From NCBI GenBank assembly GCA_019057375.1, contig DXJF01000035.1, positions 1 through 64,000 on the forward strand: a DNA stretch of 64,000 nucleotides, in the 5' to 3' direction. Below, piece by piece: positions 49,538 through 59,881 of the stretch. Numbering within the stretch: position 1 is the stretch's first letter; every line of letters starts with the position of its first letter. Source of the stretch: Candidatus Heimdallarchaeota archaeon. Lineage in GTDB: Archaea > Asgardarchaeota > Heimdallarchaeia > Heimdallarchaeales > Heimdallarchaeaceae. The translations under genes were made by a program, and so were the position numbers. The notes below the pieces were generated by a model. That model worked only from the letters and a program-made list of their open reading frames with translations, did not search any database and was not told the origin of the DNA.

Positions 49538-51013
49538 GTGAAAAATGCTACTATTTCATTTAATAATTTCAGTTTTCGTTATTTTTCAAGAGAAAAACCT
49601 GCTGTATCTAATCTTAACTTCTCAATCTCAAAAGGGGAATTCATAGTCATAACAGGTGCAAGTGGATCTGGAAAAAGCACAATTTGTTATTCAATTCTAG
49701 GTTTGTTAGAGAACTTTTATGAAGGGAAAAAACTAGGCAAAATGCTGTTAAAAGGCACTGAAATATCAAATGTCCAATACACTAAGCTTTCAAAAATTAT
49801 AGGGTATATTCCACAGCGACTCGAAAACTCTTTCACAACCCCTTACGTATTTTCGGAGATTGCATTTCCACTTGAATACAAAGATTATACTAGAGAAGAA
49901 ATAGTAGAAAAGGTTCATTCAGTAGTAGGGGATTTGAATATAGGAAAGATTATAGGAAGAAAATTAAATGAATTGTCGGAAGGAGAAAAACAATTAGTAG
50001 CAATTGGGACAGCCATAGTTGATAATCCGGAAATAATTGTTGCTGATGAACCTTTAGCAAACTTGGATCAAAATAACAAGAAATTGATACTCGACACATT
50101 TATCCAACTAAATAAAAAAGGAAAAACCATAATAATTGCATCTCACGAATATGAAGAATATTTACAGTTCGCTTCAAAAATAATAAGAATTGAAAGGGGA
50201 GAGATAATTGATGAAAATTTGGTCGCAAAAGTTTCAGCGATTGTAAGGAAAAAACCTAATAAAATTAGCAGAACTGAAGATGAAGAAAAAAAAACAGAGA
50301 AGCAAGTTAAAGTGAGTATAGAGAATCTAAGCTTTGATTTTTCAGACAAATTTCAATTATCAAACATTTCATTAAAAATTTATAAGGGTAAAATTATTGC
50401 TCTTGTAGGAGATAATGGGTCGGGAAAAACTACTCTTCTAAAGCTTCTAATTGGACTACTTAAACCGAAGCAAGGTTCAATCAAGATAGATAATATAGAC
50501 CTAAAATCACTTTCTTGGACAGAAAAAACCAAAAGAATTGGGGTTGTATTCCAAGATCCAGATAAACAGTTTTTTGAGGAAACATCAATCGATGAAATTC
50601 TATTAATATCAAATAATATACGGAAAGAAATTATTTCTGAGGATATCGATATAAGAGTGAAAAACAGCGGTTTGAGAGAACTAATACATTTTAATCCTCA
50701 TTCACTATCACATGGGGAGAAAAGAAGATTATCTTTTCTTTCAGCAATTCAACATCAACCAGAGGTAATAATTTTAGATGAGATTACAAATGGTTTAGAT
50801 GATAAAAACAAATCATGGGTAAAAAATCAGATTGTAAACATGAAAAAGAATGGAACAACTGTAATTATAATATCTCATGATTGGAGATGGATTGGAGAAA
50901 TAGCAGATGAATTTATTGGATTAGAGAATGGTCAAATCAGCTTTATAGTTCCAAAAGATCAATTTGAAACCAAATTAAGCAAGAAGGGCATTACAGTTTC
51001 CATAAAGGGGTGA
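49538..51013 (+). CDS. ecfA: ECF transporter ATPase, fused double ABC domain
   Basis: Two Walker A motifs (GASGSGKS, GDNGSGKT); LSEGEKQ and LSHGEKR signatures. Confidence 0.92.
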   Translation: MKNATISFNNFSFRYFSREKPAVSNLNFSISKGEFIVITGASGSGKSTICYSILGLLENFYEGKKLGKMLLKGTEISNVQYTKLSKIIGYIPQRLENSFTTPYVFSEIAFPLEYKDYTREEIVEKVHSVVGDLNIGKIIGRKLNELSEGEKQLVAIGTAIVDNPEIIVADEPLANLDQNNKKLILDTFIQLNKKGKTIIIASHEYEEYLQFASKIIRIERGEIIDENLVAKVSAIVRKKPNKISRTEDEEKKTEKQVKVSIENLSFDFSDKFQLSNISLKIYKGKIIALVGDNGSGKTTLLKLLIGLLKPKQGSIKIDNIDLKSLSWTEKTKRIGVVFQDPDKQFFEETSIDEILLISNNIRKEIISEDIDIRVKNSGLRELIHFNPHSLSHGEKRRLSFLSAIQHQPEVIILDEITNGLDDKNKSWVKNQIVNMKKNGTTVIIISHDWRWIGEIADEFIGLENGQISFIVPKDQFETKLSKKGITVSIKG

Positions 51014-51753
51014 AAATCGTGGGAATAGTTGTTAAAAATGAAAATGAAGTGCATCTTTCGAAGAAACAATTTCGTTTTGACCCAAGGACTAAATCAGTAA
51101 TCGTTCTTGTCTTCTTAACAAGTGTTCTTTATTCCAGTAACATATATTTACTAGGAAGTTTGGCAGCATTCTCCCTTTTTCTAGCATTAATTATTAGAGC
51201 TAGAGTTAAATTAATCATTATTTCGTTGTTTTTCTTATCATTGTTTTCTCTTATTGCTACTCTTCTTGCAAACATTACTCTTACAGTTGAAAATGCATAT
51301 TTTCTTTATGCAATTATTGTATGCAGATTTACAACATCTTTTTTGATAATTTCTTGGTTTTTCTACTCAGTTGAACCTTATGAATTAGCGATTTCATTAG
51401 AAAAAATGTATATTCCTGCAATGTTAGTCTGGTTTATCATAACAATCTACCAGTTCGTTCCAGTTACTGCTAGGGAAGCTCAAGAAATAAACGATATTAG
51501 AAAAATTAAAGGGTTAACTGCCAAAAAATGGGAAATTCGGAAACAAATATATAATTTTAGAAAAACTCTGAAACCATTAATAACAGATTCAATAAATAGA
51601 GGCATTGATCTTGCTGAATCAATGACAATTAAAGGTTTTGTACCTAAAAGAAGAAAGAATCTTTATCTTGATATAAGAATCAGATTATTGGACGTTATCT
51701 TAATGCTTTTTTCAATTGCAGCATTAGTTTTAGTAATTTTATATCTGAAGTAA
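51010..51753 (+). CDS. ecfT: ECF transporter transmembrane component T
   Basis: FDPRTK, P.EL..SLEK, QFVP, A.SM..KGF. Confidence 0.88.
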   Translation: MKIVGIVVKNENEVHLSKKQFRFDPRTKSVIVLVFLTSVLYSSNIYLLGSLAAFSLFLALIIRARVKLIIISLFFLSLFSLIATLLANITLTVENAYFLYAIIVCRFTTSFLIISWFFYSVEPYELAISLEKMYIPAMLVWFIITIYQFVPVTAREAQEINDIRKIKGLTAKKWEIRKQIYNFRKTLKPLITDSINRGIDLAESMTIKGFVPKRRKNLYLDIRIRLLDVILMLFSIAALVLVILYLK

Positions 51754-51756
51754 AAA

Positions 51757-52395
51757 TTATCTTTTCTCCAAGAAATTACTTATGAAAGTTTGAAGTTCTT
51801 CTTGAACACTTTGTATTGATTTATGTACATCAATAATATGAAAAAGCTTAGGAAATTTTTCAGCTAGTTTTAAATATATTTCACTGACTTTTTGAAGGTT
51901 TTCTTTTTTCTCAAAGGTATTTACTCCTTCTTCTCTATCAGCAGAGATTCTAGCTAATGCTTCGTCAACAGATAAGTCTAGAAGCAAAACAAGATTTGGA
52001 ACAATTGCTACTTTTAGATTTTCTTCCAGGATATAATTCCAATCCAGTCCTCTTGACCCTTGATATGCTACAGATGAAAAGTAGTATCTATCTGTGACAA
52101 CTATTTTACCACCCTTTAATAGAGGGATCACTTCATCCCTAAGATGAATAACTCTGTCCTCTAAAAATAGTCTAAATTCTTCTTCAACAAGTAATCTTTC
52201 AGGTGCAAAGAAACTTTCTCTTAGTCTTCGACCTGGTAATGAGTATCTTGTAGGTTCAGTAGTATAAACTGCATCAAAACCAAGAGAGCAAAGATATCCA
52301 ACCAATAATCGAGAATGTGTGGTCTTTCCTGAACCATCAATTCCTTCCACACAAATGAACACACCAGAAGAAGGAGATTCTAACATAACATCCAT
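51757..52395 (-). CDS. tmk: Thymidylate kinase
   Basis: FICVEGIDGSGKTT, T.EP, DR, DRYYFSSVAYQG; probable start 52395 or 52386. Confidence 0.95.
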   Translation of the reverse strand: MDVMLESPSSGVFICVEGIDGSGKTTHSRLLVGYLCSLGFDAVYTTEPTRYSLPGRRLRESFFAPERLLVEEEFRLFLEDRVIHLRDEVIPLLKGGKIVVTDRYYFSSVAYQGSRGLDWNYILEENLKVAIVPNLVLLLDLSVDEALARISADREEGVNTFEKKENLQKVSEIYLKLAEKFPKLFHIIDVHKSIQSVQEELQTFISNFLEKR

Positions 52396-52559
52396 TGTGA
52401 AGAAATAGAATAAAACAATTTTGGTGACATACAGAGAAAAAAGTGTATCAAAAACGAGCAAAATGGGTAAATATAACCTCTTCTTGAGATTCAGAGAAAT
52501 GTTTTTATTAATACTATCGCCGTTTTAAATACCACAGAACGAAATCATACTTCCAAAAT

Positions 52560-53933
52560 ATGAGTGATATTATGTTCTCTGAAAATTTCATTTCTTTAAC
52601 TGATTATGCTGTAAAAGCCTTTGAATCAAGTTCATTCGATTCATATGAAATAAGTTGCGTTGATAGATTACATGCACTTACTAGATTTGCAAATTCTACA
52701 ATTCATCAAAATGTATCCGATCATACATGCCGTTTCCTCTTCAAAGCATCAAAAGGAAAGAAGATCTGTACATTATCTCTAACATCTCTAACTAAAACAG
52801 CTGTAGATTCTGCTGTTTCTCAACTAGAAACGATGCTCTCTTTTATTCCTGAAATTCCTTTTTTCCAAGGTTTTTCTGAAGATACTGAAGAGTTGATTCC
52901 TTCAATCAATGCTACTGGAAGCTTACTAGATGAATATCAGCGTGCTGATATCGTCGAAACAGCGATTGGTGAAGCTGAAGCTGTAGATAGAAGTGCTAAA
53001 CTGGCAGGAGCCATTTCAATTACCGATCTTCGGTATAGGATTTTAAATGCTAATGGCTTAGATATCTCCCATCAGATTACATATAATGGTTTAATCATAA
53101 ATTCATTAACTGAAAAGGAAAGCAAGGGATATGCTAAAGAAGAGCAATTTGAAAGAGATCCTTCTTTACTAAAACCTGCAGAACTATCCCGAAAAGCAAC
53201 AGAATTATCTATAAGTACATGCTCAGCGAAAGATTATCCGCTTGGAGAATATGAGGTTATTCTTTCACCAGCTGCAACAAGTACTTTAATGAGATTCTTG
53301 TCCTTTGGTTTTAATGGTTTAGGATATCATGAATCCCAAAGTTTTGTAACCGATCAAATAGGTGCTCAAATGTTTGATACAAAATTAACACTTTATGATG
53401 ATCCCTTAAATTCTGAAACTCTTCTAGCATCACCAATTGATGGAGAAGGTGTAAGAAAAAAGCCACTTTTTTTGGTTGAAGAAGGTATTCCTAAATCAAT
53501 TGTGTATAATAATTTTATCGCGTCAAGATACTTAAATGATAAGAAACTCAGTACAGGTCACCAAGTAATTCCTTTCAGTGATTATATATTTGGTATGGTA
53601 ATGCCAATTAATTTAACACTTTATCCAGGAGATTCTGCTATTCCTGAGATGATTGAGGAAACCAAACAAGGTTTCTTTATCAATAGGTTGCATTATACAA
53701 ATTTCGTTAATCGAAAATTAGGAGCAATTACAGGTTTAACAAGAGATGGTATACTGTATATTGAAAATGGAGAGATTGTTTCAGCAGCTAAGAACTTTAG
53801 GTTTACAGATAAGCTCACATCTTGTCTAAAAGATATTCCATTAATTGGTAACAAAATGGAAACAGGAGTTACCCTTAATTGTCCTGCGATTAAACTAAAG
53901 TCTTTCAACTTCACAGGAAAAAGTAAGCATTAG
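52560..53933 (+). CDS. TldD/PmbA family protein
   Basis: TRFANSTIHQN, Y.VILSPAA, DDP, DGEG, GLTRDG..YIENGEI...NFRF. Confidence 0.9.
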   Translation: MSDIMFSENFISLTDYAVKAFESSSFDSYEISCVDRLHALTRFANSTIHQNVSDHTCRFLFKASKGKKICTLSLTSLTKTAVDSAVSQLETMLSFIPEIPFFQGFSEDTEELIPSINATGSLLDEYQRADIVETAIGEAEAVDRSAKLAGAISITDLRYRILNANGLDISHQITYNGLIINSLTEKESKGYAKEEQFERDPSLLKPAELSRKATELSISTCSAKDYPLGEYEVILSPAATSTLMRFLSFGFNGLGYHESQSFVTDQIGAQMFDTKLTLYDDPLNSETLLASPIDGEGVRKKPLFLVEEGIPKSIVYNNFIASRYLNDKKLSTGHQVIPFSDYIFGMVMPINLTLYPGDSAIPEMIEETKQGFFINRLHYTNFVNRKLGAITGLTRDGILYIENGEIVSAAKNFRFTDKLTSCLKDIPLIGNKMETGVTLNCPAIKLKSFNFTGKSKH

Positions 53934-53978
53934 AGTGAAACAAACCCTAGAAGATCTCAGGATATGCAAGTGATATAA

Positions 53979-54932
53979 ATGTTAGAAAAGATAGAGGAAA
54001 CATATAGTCGAATCAAGAACACAATTAATAAAACCCCAATTATGACATCTTCCAAGTTGGATCAAATAGTAAAAGCTAACTGTTTCTTGAAAATGGAAAG
54101 TTTTCAAAGAACCGGCTCATTTAAGTTTAGAGGAGCATTCAATGCCATTTCTAGCTTATCCCCAAAATTAAAAGCTAAAGGAGTTACAACTCATTCTTCT
54201 GGGAATCATGCTCAAGCCTTATCCTTGGCTGCTAAAATGGCGGGGGTAAAAGCAGTTATTGTTATGCCAGAGAACGCCCCAAAAATTAAAGTTGCAGCAA
54301 CAAAAGGTTATGGTGCCAAAGTGGTTTTTTGTGGAACCAAACCAGAGGATAGGGAGGAAACAGCTCAAGCATTAATTAATAAATACGGATATACCTTGAT
54401 TCATCCTAGTAATAACCTAGACGTTATTCATGGACAAGGAACAGCTTCATACGAATTAATCAAAGAAATAGGCGACTTAGACTTTATTTTTACTCCATGT
54501 GGAGGAGGAGGTTTATTATCGGGAACTGCTATAGCTACAAAAGGTTTAAGTGTAAATACAAAAGTGATTGGGGTTGAACCAAAGAACGCAGATGATGCAT
54601 ATAAATCATTTAAAGATAAAAAATATTACCCGGTTGTAAATCCAAATACGATTGCTGATGGTTTACGAGTATCGCTTGGAACTAATACATTCAAAATTAT
54701 TCTAGAATATGTTGATGATTTTATTACGGTTTCCGAGGAAGAGATTGTTAATGCGATGGAGTTTCTCTGGTCAAGAATGAAACTTGTTGTAGAACCATCA
54801 GGTGCGGTTTCTTTAGCTGGAGTTTTATCAGGAAAACTCAATCTTGAAAACCAAAGGGTGGGAATTATTATATCTGGAGGAAATGTTGATTTGACGGATT
54901 TCTTCTACCTTATTAGAAAAAAAATTGTCTGA
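53979..54932 (+). CDS. Serine/threonine dehydratase (racemase-like, no ACT domain)
   Basis: KMESFQRTGSFKFRGA, SSGNHAQA, GQGT, GGGGLLSG, EPSGA, SGGNVD. Confidence 0.92.
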   Translation: MLEKIEETYSRIKNTINKTPIMTSSKLDQIVKANCFLKMESFQRTGSFKFRGAFNAISSLSPKLKAKGVTTHSSGNHAQALSLAAKMAGVKAVIVMPENAPKIKVAATKGYGAKVVFCGTKPEDREETAQALINKYGYTLIHPSNNLDVIHGQGTASYELIKEIGDLDFIFTPCGGGGLLSGTAIATKGLSVNTKVIGVEPKNADDAYKSFKDKKYYPVVNPNTIADGLRVSLGTNTFKIILEYVDDFITVSEEEIVNAMEFLWSRMKLVVEPSGAVSLAGVLSGKLNLENQRVGIIISGGNVDLTDFFYLIRKKIV

Positions 54933-54972
54933 AGATTGTTCAGTTTTAAAAAAAGGAAAAAAAGAAAAAGGA

Positions 54973-57417
54973 TTAGTATTGACTTGGTGGACTTACAGGA
55001 GTTTTAGACTTTATTTTGGGTATAACTACTCTAAACACAACAAGAACGAGTATACCAAAACCAATGGCGCCCCCAATAGCTGCGAGAGCAATTATTCCAG
55101 CTAATCCTAAACCTTTCATAACTACCGAGGCTATTGAAGAGATAGGAGTACAGTCGATGGGGATGAATTTGAATTCAATTGAACCATTTAGTGCAGTGTG
55201 GTCAACACCAAACATAAAGATTAGATTAGGATCAAATACACCAAATTCAATATCAAAAGTTACGTATGAGACGTTTGAATCATCATAGTTAATAAAGTGC
55301 GTAGTTGGAGTAGTGAGACCATCTAAGTTGTAATATCTATTCCAAACAGCATCCCTATAGAAGAACCCTTGGAAGTAACCATCAGGATTCTCCAAAGAGT
55401 AGAAAGAATTATCTCTGAGTCCATCAATAATTACAATTTCAACCCTGTACCAGGTATTTTCAGGAACTGTTGCACGAATCATATATATGTCGAAGTCATT
55501 ATATGTTGTATTGAAATCATAGTTTACCAAATAACTGCCATTATCAACGAAAGCAAGTTCATCTAAGATAAGATTCACATCAGCAAAGATTTCAGGATTA
55601 TCAGTATCTGTACTGAATCTAAAAGTTGCATTTTCAGCTTCGCTAAAAGCAATTCCTGCACTTGGCCAAGAGTATCCTGTATTATTGTAAATGTCATATA
55701 TTTCAAAGAGGACATAACGAGTAGTGGATTCTCCTGTTGAAAGGAAATTCAGAATTTGCGTATCGTTAATTGGGTATCCTTGGTGTATACCAACATCTTG
55801 TTGATAACCAACAAAATCAGTTGTACCCCAGAAAACTTCGTGGTTGTTTTCTAGATAAGTGGAATAACCAAATTCCACAGTACGGTTTAGCACAGTAAAT
55901 AGGCTGAGATTGTAGTTATGATAATCAAAATCTGCATTTACAATTTTGAAAAGCTTATAATTTGATGGGTCACCATCTCGTTGACTGAGTGTAAAATCAA
56001 ATGAATTTGTGAATTCTTCTACTAATACTGCATTATACTCAATATCAAAATCATATACGCCTTCAGTTGGATTAAAGAAGTAATAATAACCAGGCTGAAG
56101 TAAGAGTTTTTCAGTAGCAAGTGCATTGTCACTGAGTAAATAATAACTTCCATATGCTAAATTCTTATCCTGATAATCAACATACCAAACTAATATAGGA
56201 CCAGCTAGTGAAATATTGAAATAAGCAAGTTGAGTTTCTTTAACATCTATTCCAAAACTTAAGAAATTATCTTCATATTCATAAATTTCTCCTGCTTTCA
56301 AAGTTGGACAATCCATTTCATCAACAGAGAATATGTAATCAAATTCAATATAGTCATTATTGTCTCTTTCTGCAGTGATATAAACAAGAACGTTTGTATC
56401 ATACTCAAAACTGAACACGAATTTATCGTCAAATGATGATCCAATCTCAATATTGAAATAGAAATTTGGAGCTCCTGCTTCATAATATAAGCTAGGAACC
56501 ATCGCATATGCATTGGTACTGATACCGCCATCAAATCGAATGTATTTGATTTCATAGACACCTTTTGGAATTCTTACAAAGTAAGCATCAACATGCTCAG
56601 AATTATCATTGTCTACAAAAACTTGTCTTTCTTCATCCCAGAGATTATTGGGTTCATTAACAAAGTCCCCTGATACAAAGTCCCCGGCAGATATTGATGA
56701 TACATCTATTTTTACTGGATCGAAAACGACATAGTTATCATTGTTAGAAAACAAATATATGTAGTAATCTCCAGAACCTCTAGCTGCTAGTGGTTGTATG
56801 TTTCGAGTTTCTCCATTTACACTTCCAGACCTAGATAGATAATCGTTGAAGTAAATATAATATGAAACACTACTTATTGATTTCATATTTAGATCATACA
56901 TCTCTCCAGCTTGTAAACGAACTTTGAAGACATAATAAGTATCAGCTTCCATTTCAATAGCAGTTTCTAAACCTAATGTGAGAGTTCCTTGATTATTTAC
57001 ACCTGTTGTAAAATTCAAATTAGGACCTGTACCAGTATTATTGAAAGCTTGGATGTAAATCGGATTATATCTCCAAGTTGATTGTTCTATGTCGTATATA
57101 AAATTATCATCATAGTAGGTAGAAGCCAAATTTGTTCTAAATATAGATGAATCATTATCCATAGAATGTGTTGTTGAGCCAATAGCTTCTTTTACATATC
57201 TCACATCTGTAGCATATTGGGTTTCTAATAGTTGGTTTTCTCTTAGACGATTACCATCAAGAACTCCATATCCTACATTTTCATATTCATTTAGAGTAAC
57301 TGTTTCAGTTTCATTCAAATCATAAGCTAGTGAATTTATGGAAATGAATGCTAATGAAAAAATAAGTGAAGTAATAATATAAAATAAAGCTATTCTTTTC
57401 TTTTTATGATTAATCAT
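54973..57417 (-). CDS. Large secreted/cell-surface protein with C-terminal TM anchor
   Basis: Signal peptide, N/D/Y/F-rich beta-sandwich-like repeats, C-terminal hydrophobic helix and short tail. Confidence 0.8.
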   Translation of the reverse strand: MINHKKKRIALFYIITSLIFSLAFISINSLAYDLNETETVTLNEYENVGYGVLDGNRLRENQLLETQYATDVRYVKEAIGSTTHSMDNDSSIFRTNLASTYYDDNFIYDIEQSTWRYNPIYIQAFNNTGTGPNLNFTTGVNNQGTLTLGLETAIEMEADTYYVFKVRLQAGEMYDLNMKSISSVSYYIYFNDYLSRSGSVNGETRNIQPLAARGSGDYYIYLFSNNDNYVVFDPVKIDVSSISAGDFVSGDFVNEPNNLWDEERQVFVDNDNSEHVDAYFVRIPKGVYEIKYIRFDGGISTNAYAMVPSLYYEAGAPNFYFNIEIGSSFDDKFVFSFEYDTNVLVYITAERDNNDYIEFDYIFSVDEMDCPTLKAGEIYEYEDNFLSFGIDVKETQLAYFNISLAGPILVWYVDYQDKNLAYGSYYLLSDNALATEKLLLQPGYYYFFNPTEGVYDFDIEYNAVLVEEFTNSFDFTLSQRDGDPSNYKLFKIVNADFDYHNYNLSLFTVLNRTVEFGYSTYLENNHEVFWGTTDFVGYQQDVGIHQGYPINDTQILNFLSTGESTTRYVLFEIYDIYNNTGYSWPSAGIAFSEAENATFRFSTDTDNPEIFADVNLILDELAFVDNGSYLVNYDFNTTYNDFDIYMIRATVPENTWYRVEIVIIDGLRDNSFYSLENPDGYFQGFFYRDAVWNRYYNLDGLTTPTTHFINYDDSNVSYVTFDIEFGVFDPNLIFMFGVDHTALNGSIEFKFIPIDCTPISSIASVVMKGLGLAGIIALAAIGGAIGFGILVLVVFRVVIPKIKSKTPVSPPSQY

Positions 57418-57520
57418 TTTAATCAGAAGAAACTATCCTCCTTTCAATAAAAAAACATTGCGAAAGTTTTGTGTCAAATTGAATTTAACAAAAACCTTCA
57501 ACACTACTTAATACTTAAGT

Positions 57521-58342
57521 TTAATCAAGTTTTGAGAGTATTTTTTCAACAACCTTAGAAAAAACATCTTTTGCTTTATCATTCACCTTAATTGCCGGTC
57601 TTCCTGAGTCTCCAGCTTCACAAATCTGAGATATTAGAGGAACAGCTCCGAGAAAATTCAAGTTAAGTTGTTCAGCCTTGTTTTTTCCACCATCTTTTTT
57701 GAAAATGTAAGTAATTTCATCACAATGAGGGCATACAAAACCAGACATATTTTCGATAATCCCTAATATTGGTACTTTTGTTTCTTGTGCAAAATTTATT
57801 GATTTGGTTACATCAAGTAATGAAACAGCTTGAGGAGTAGTAACAATGACCATACCATCTAAATCTTTGATTGTTTGAACTATACTCAAAGGCTCATCAC
57901 TACTTCCTGGAGGTAAATCCACAATAAGAAAATCTAATTCACCCCAGTTTACATCTGCAAGAAGCTGTTTAAGGGCTTTAATTTTCATTGGTCCTCGCCA
58001 GATAACAGCTTTTGTTTTATCCTGAAGTAAAAACTCAATTGAAACAATCTTTATCTTTCCTGCTTCTACTGGTACAATCTTATTGTCCTCTGTAGTCATT
58101 TGTAGATCCTCTACTCCAAGCATTAGAGGAACATTTGGTCCGGTAATATCAGCATCAAGTATACCTACTTTATATCCCATATCAGAAAGAGTTTGAGCCA
58201 AGTTAACAGTAACTGTTGTTTTGCCAGTTCCACCTTTCCCACTCAAAACAGCGATTTTGTGTTTGATCTTCAGTAGTGTTTCTTCGATTTTTTTATCTTC
58301 TTCTGTTTTCACATTCAAATGCATTTCATCACCAAGCTTCAA
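57521..58342 (-). CDS. mrp: Mrp/NBP35 Fe-S cluster carrier ATPase
   Basis: SGKGGTGKTT, LDADITGP, WRGPM, DLPPG, ENMSGFVCPHC. Confidence 0.95.
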   Translation of the reverse strand: MKLGDEMHLNVKTEEDKKIEETLLKIKHKIAVLSGKGGTGKTTVTVNLAQTLSDMGYKVGILDADITGPNVPLMLGVEDLQMTTEDNKIVPVEAGKIKIVSIEFLLQDKTKAVIWRGPMKIKALKQLLADVNWGELDFLIVDLPPGSSDEPLSIVQTIKDLDGMVIVTTPQAVSLLDVTKSINFAQETKVPILGIIENMSGFVCPHCDEITYIFKKDGGKNKAEQLNLNFLGAVPLISQICEAGDSGRPAIKVNDKAKDVFSKVVEKILSKLD

Positions 58343-58476
58343 GTGTAAGACTATTGTTGAACTTAAAAATTCGTTGTTTTGACTATAAATTTCTGTATCA
58401 CTGGTATAAAATTTTTAAAGAGTACTTGTTCAATATATCCGTATTAATAGAAATTTTTTTCTCAAGAGGTAAAATA

Positions 58477-59820
58477 ATGAGTGAAAAAAACTATGATGTA
58501 GTAGTTATTGGGGCTGGATTATTCGGTATAGCAACAGCTTACCATATAAAGAAAGAAAATGAAAATCTAGCTGTGCTAGTTATAGATAAAGCAGCTCAAG
58601 CAGGAGCGGGAAACACAGCCCAATCAGCTGCTATGTATCGCGATACTTTCTCCTCGGAGGTGAATCTACAACTTAGTAGTACCACTAGAGATTTTTATAA
58701 ACATGTTCAGAATGACTTAGATATAGATTTATCTCTAAAAGAGATTTCTTATCTTTGGTTAATGGATAGGGAGCAATTTGAAGGGAACAAAAAAGCTATT
58801 GAAACTATGTTAGACAACAAAATTCGCATAGAGATATTAGAAAAAGGAGATATTAAACGAAAGATACCTGAACTTGTAACTGATTTCGATGGAAATGAGG
58901 AAGCTCAAATACTCAACCTGAGAAATATTGATTATGGTCTTCTTGGATACGACTGTGGAGCACTAGATGCAGACAAAATTACAAGAGATTTCTATGAAAA
59001 TGAATTCAAAAAACTAGGTGGAGAAACTCTTTACAATACCCCAATTACAAAACTAATTTTAGAGCCAGATGGCGAAAAACTTGGTATTCCAAGAGAACCG
59101 GTTGGATGGCAAGCAAAAAGAATTGGTGGAGTTTTAACAGATAACGGAAGCACAATCAAATCAGATATTTTTATACTTGCAACTGGGGCTTGGTCTAATG
59201 AGCTTTTATTACCGATAGGAGTAGATAGTCATGCAATGCCAGTAAAGAAGTATATATTCAGAGTACAACATCCTCGACTAGCAAATTTCCTTGATAACGA
59301 GCATTTTAATGACGAGAAAACAACTCCATTTTTAATTTTTCCAATACATGGAATTCATTTGAAACCAGTAAAATACAATAATAGTATATGGATTGGGGGA
59401 GGATCATTGATTGGGAAACCGTATATCATTACTAATCCTGATGAAATAACAACAGAGGATAATCCTTTAAATAATACTCAAGCAAATGACAGAGATTATG
59501 AATTTGATAGATACCTAATCTTAGCAGAATATCTTCCTGTTTTAAAAAATCTTCAGTTAACAAATTCATGGGCAGGATTCTATGCAATAAATACAATTGA
59601 CAAAAACCCGGTTGTTTTCAAAGCTAATGGAATCAAGGGATTACAAATCGTATCTTCAGGTTCTGGAAGTGGAATCATGAAAGCCGATGCAATTGGAAGA
59701 ATTGCTGCTGCTTTGTATAACAACCAGGAACATGCTGAACTATATGGGGGGATTAAATTTAAGGTATCCAGATTAGGATTAAAAAACAGAAATGTTGACA
59801 AAGAGGACTTTGTAATTTAG
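58477..59820 (+). CDS. FAD-dependent oxidoreductase (DAO/sarcosine oxidase family)
   Basis: VVVIGAGLFG, G.T..SA, LATGAWS, SWAGFY...D..P, G.GIM; probable start MSEKNY at 58477. Confidence 0.9.
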   Translation: MSEKNYDVVVIGAGLFGIATAYHIKKENENLAVLVIDKAAQAGAGNTAQSAAMYRDTFSSEVNLQLSSTTRDFYKHVQNDLDIDLSLKEISYLWLMDREQFEGNKKAIETMLDNKIRIEILEKGDIKRKIPELVTDFDGNEEAQILNLRNIDYGLLGYDCGALDADKITRDFYENEFKKLGGETLYNTPITKLILEPDGEKLGIPREPVGWQAKRIGGVLTDNGSTIKSDIFILATGAWSNELLLPIGVDSHAMPVKKYIFRVQHPRLANFLDNEHFNDEKTTPFLIFPIHGIHLKPVKYNNSIWIGGGSLIGKPYIITNPDEITTEDNPLNNTQANDRDYEFDRYLILAEYLPVLKNLQLTNSWAGFYAINTIDKNPVVFKANGIKGLQIVSSGSGSGIMKADAIGRIAAALYNNQEHAELYGGIKFKVSRLGLKNRNVDKEDFVI

Positions 59821-59881
59821 TAAGAGAGTTTAGAGCAAAATAAAGCCAAAACTATATAAAACTCTAAAATCCTTACTGCCC

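Noticed and set aside
54973-55010. Cytoplasmic tail PVSPPSQY as an ESCRT/E3 late-domain motif
   Set aside because: Does not match PPxY, P(S/T)AP or YPxL consensus
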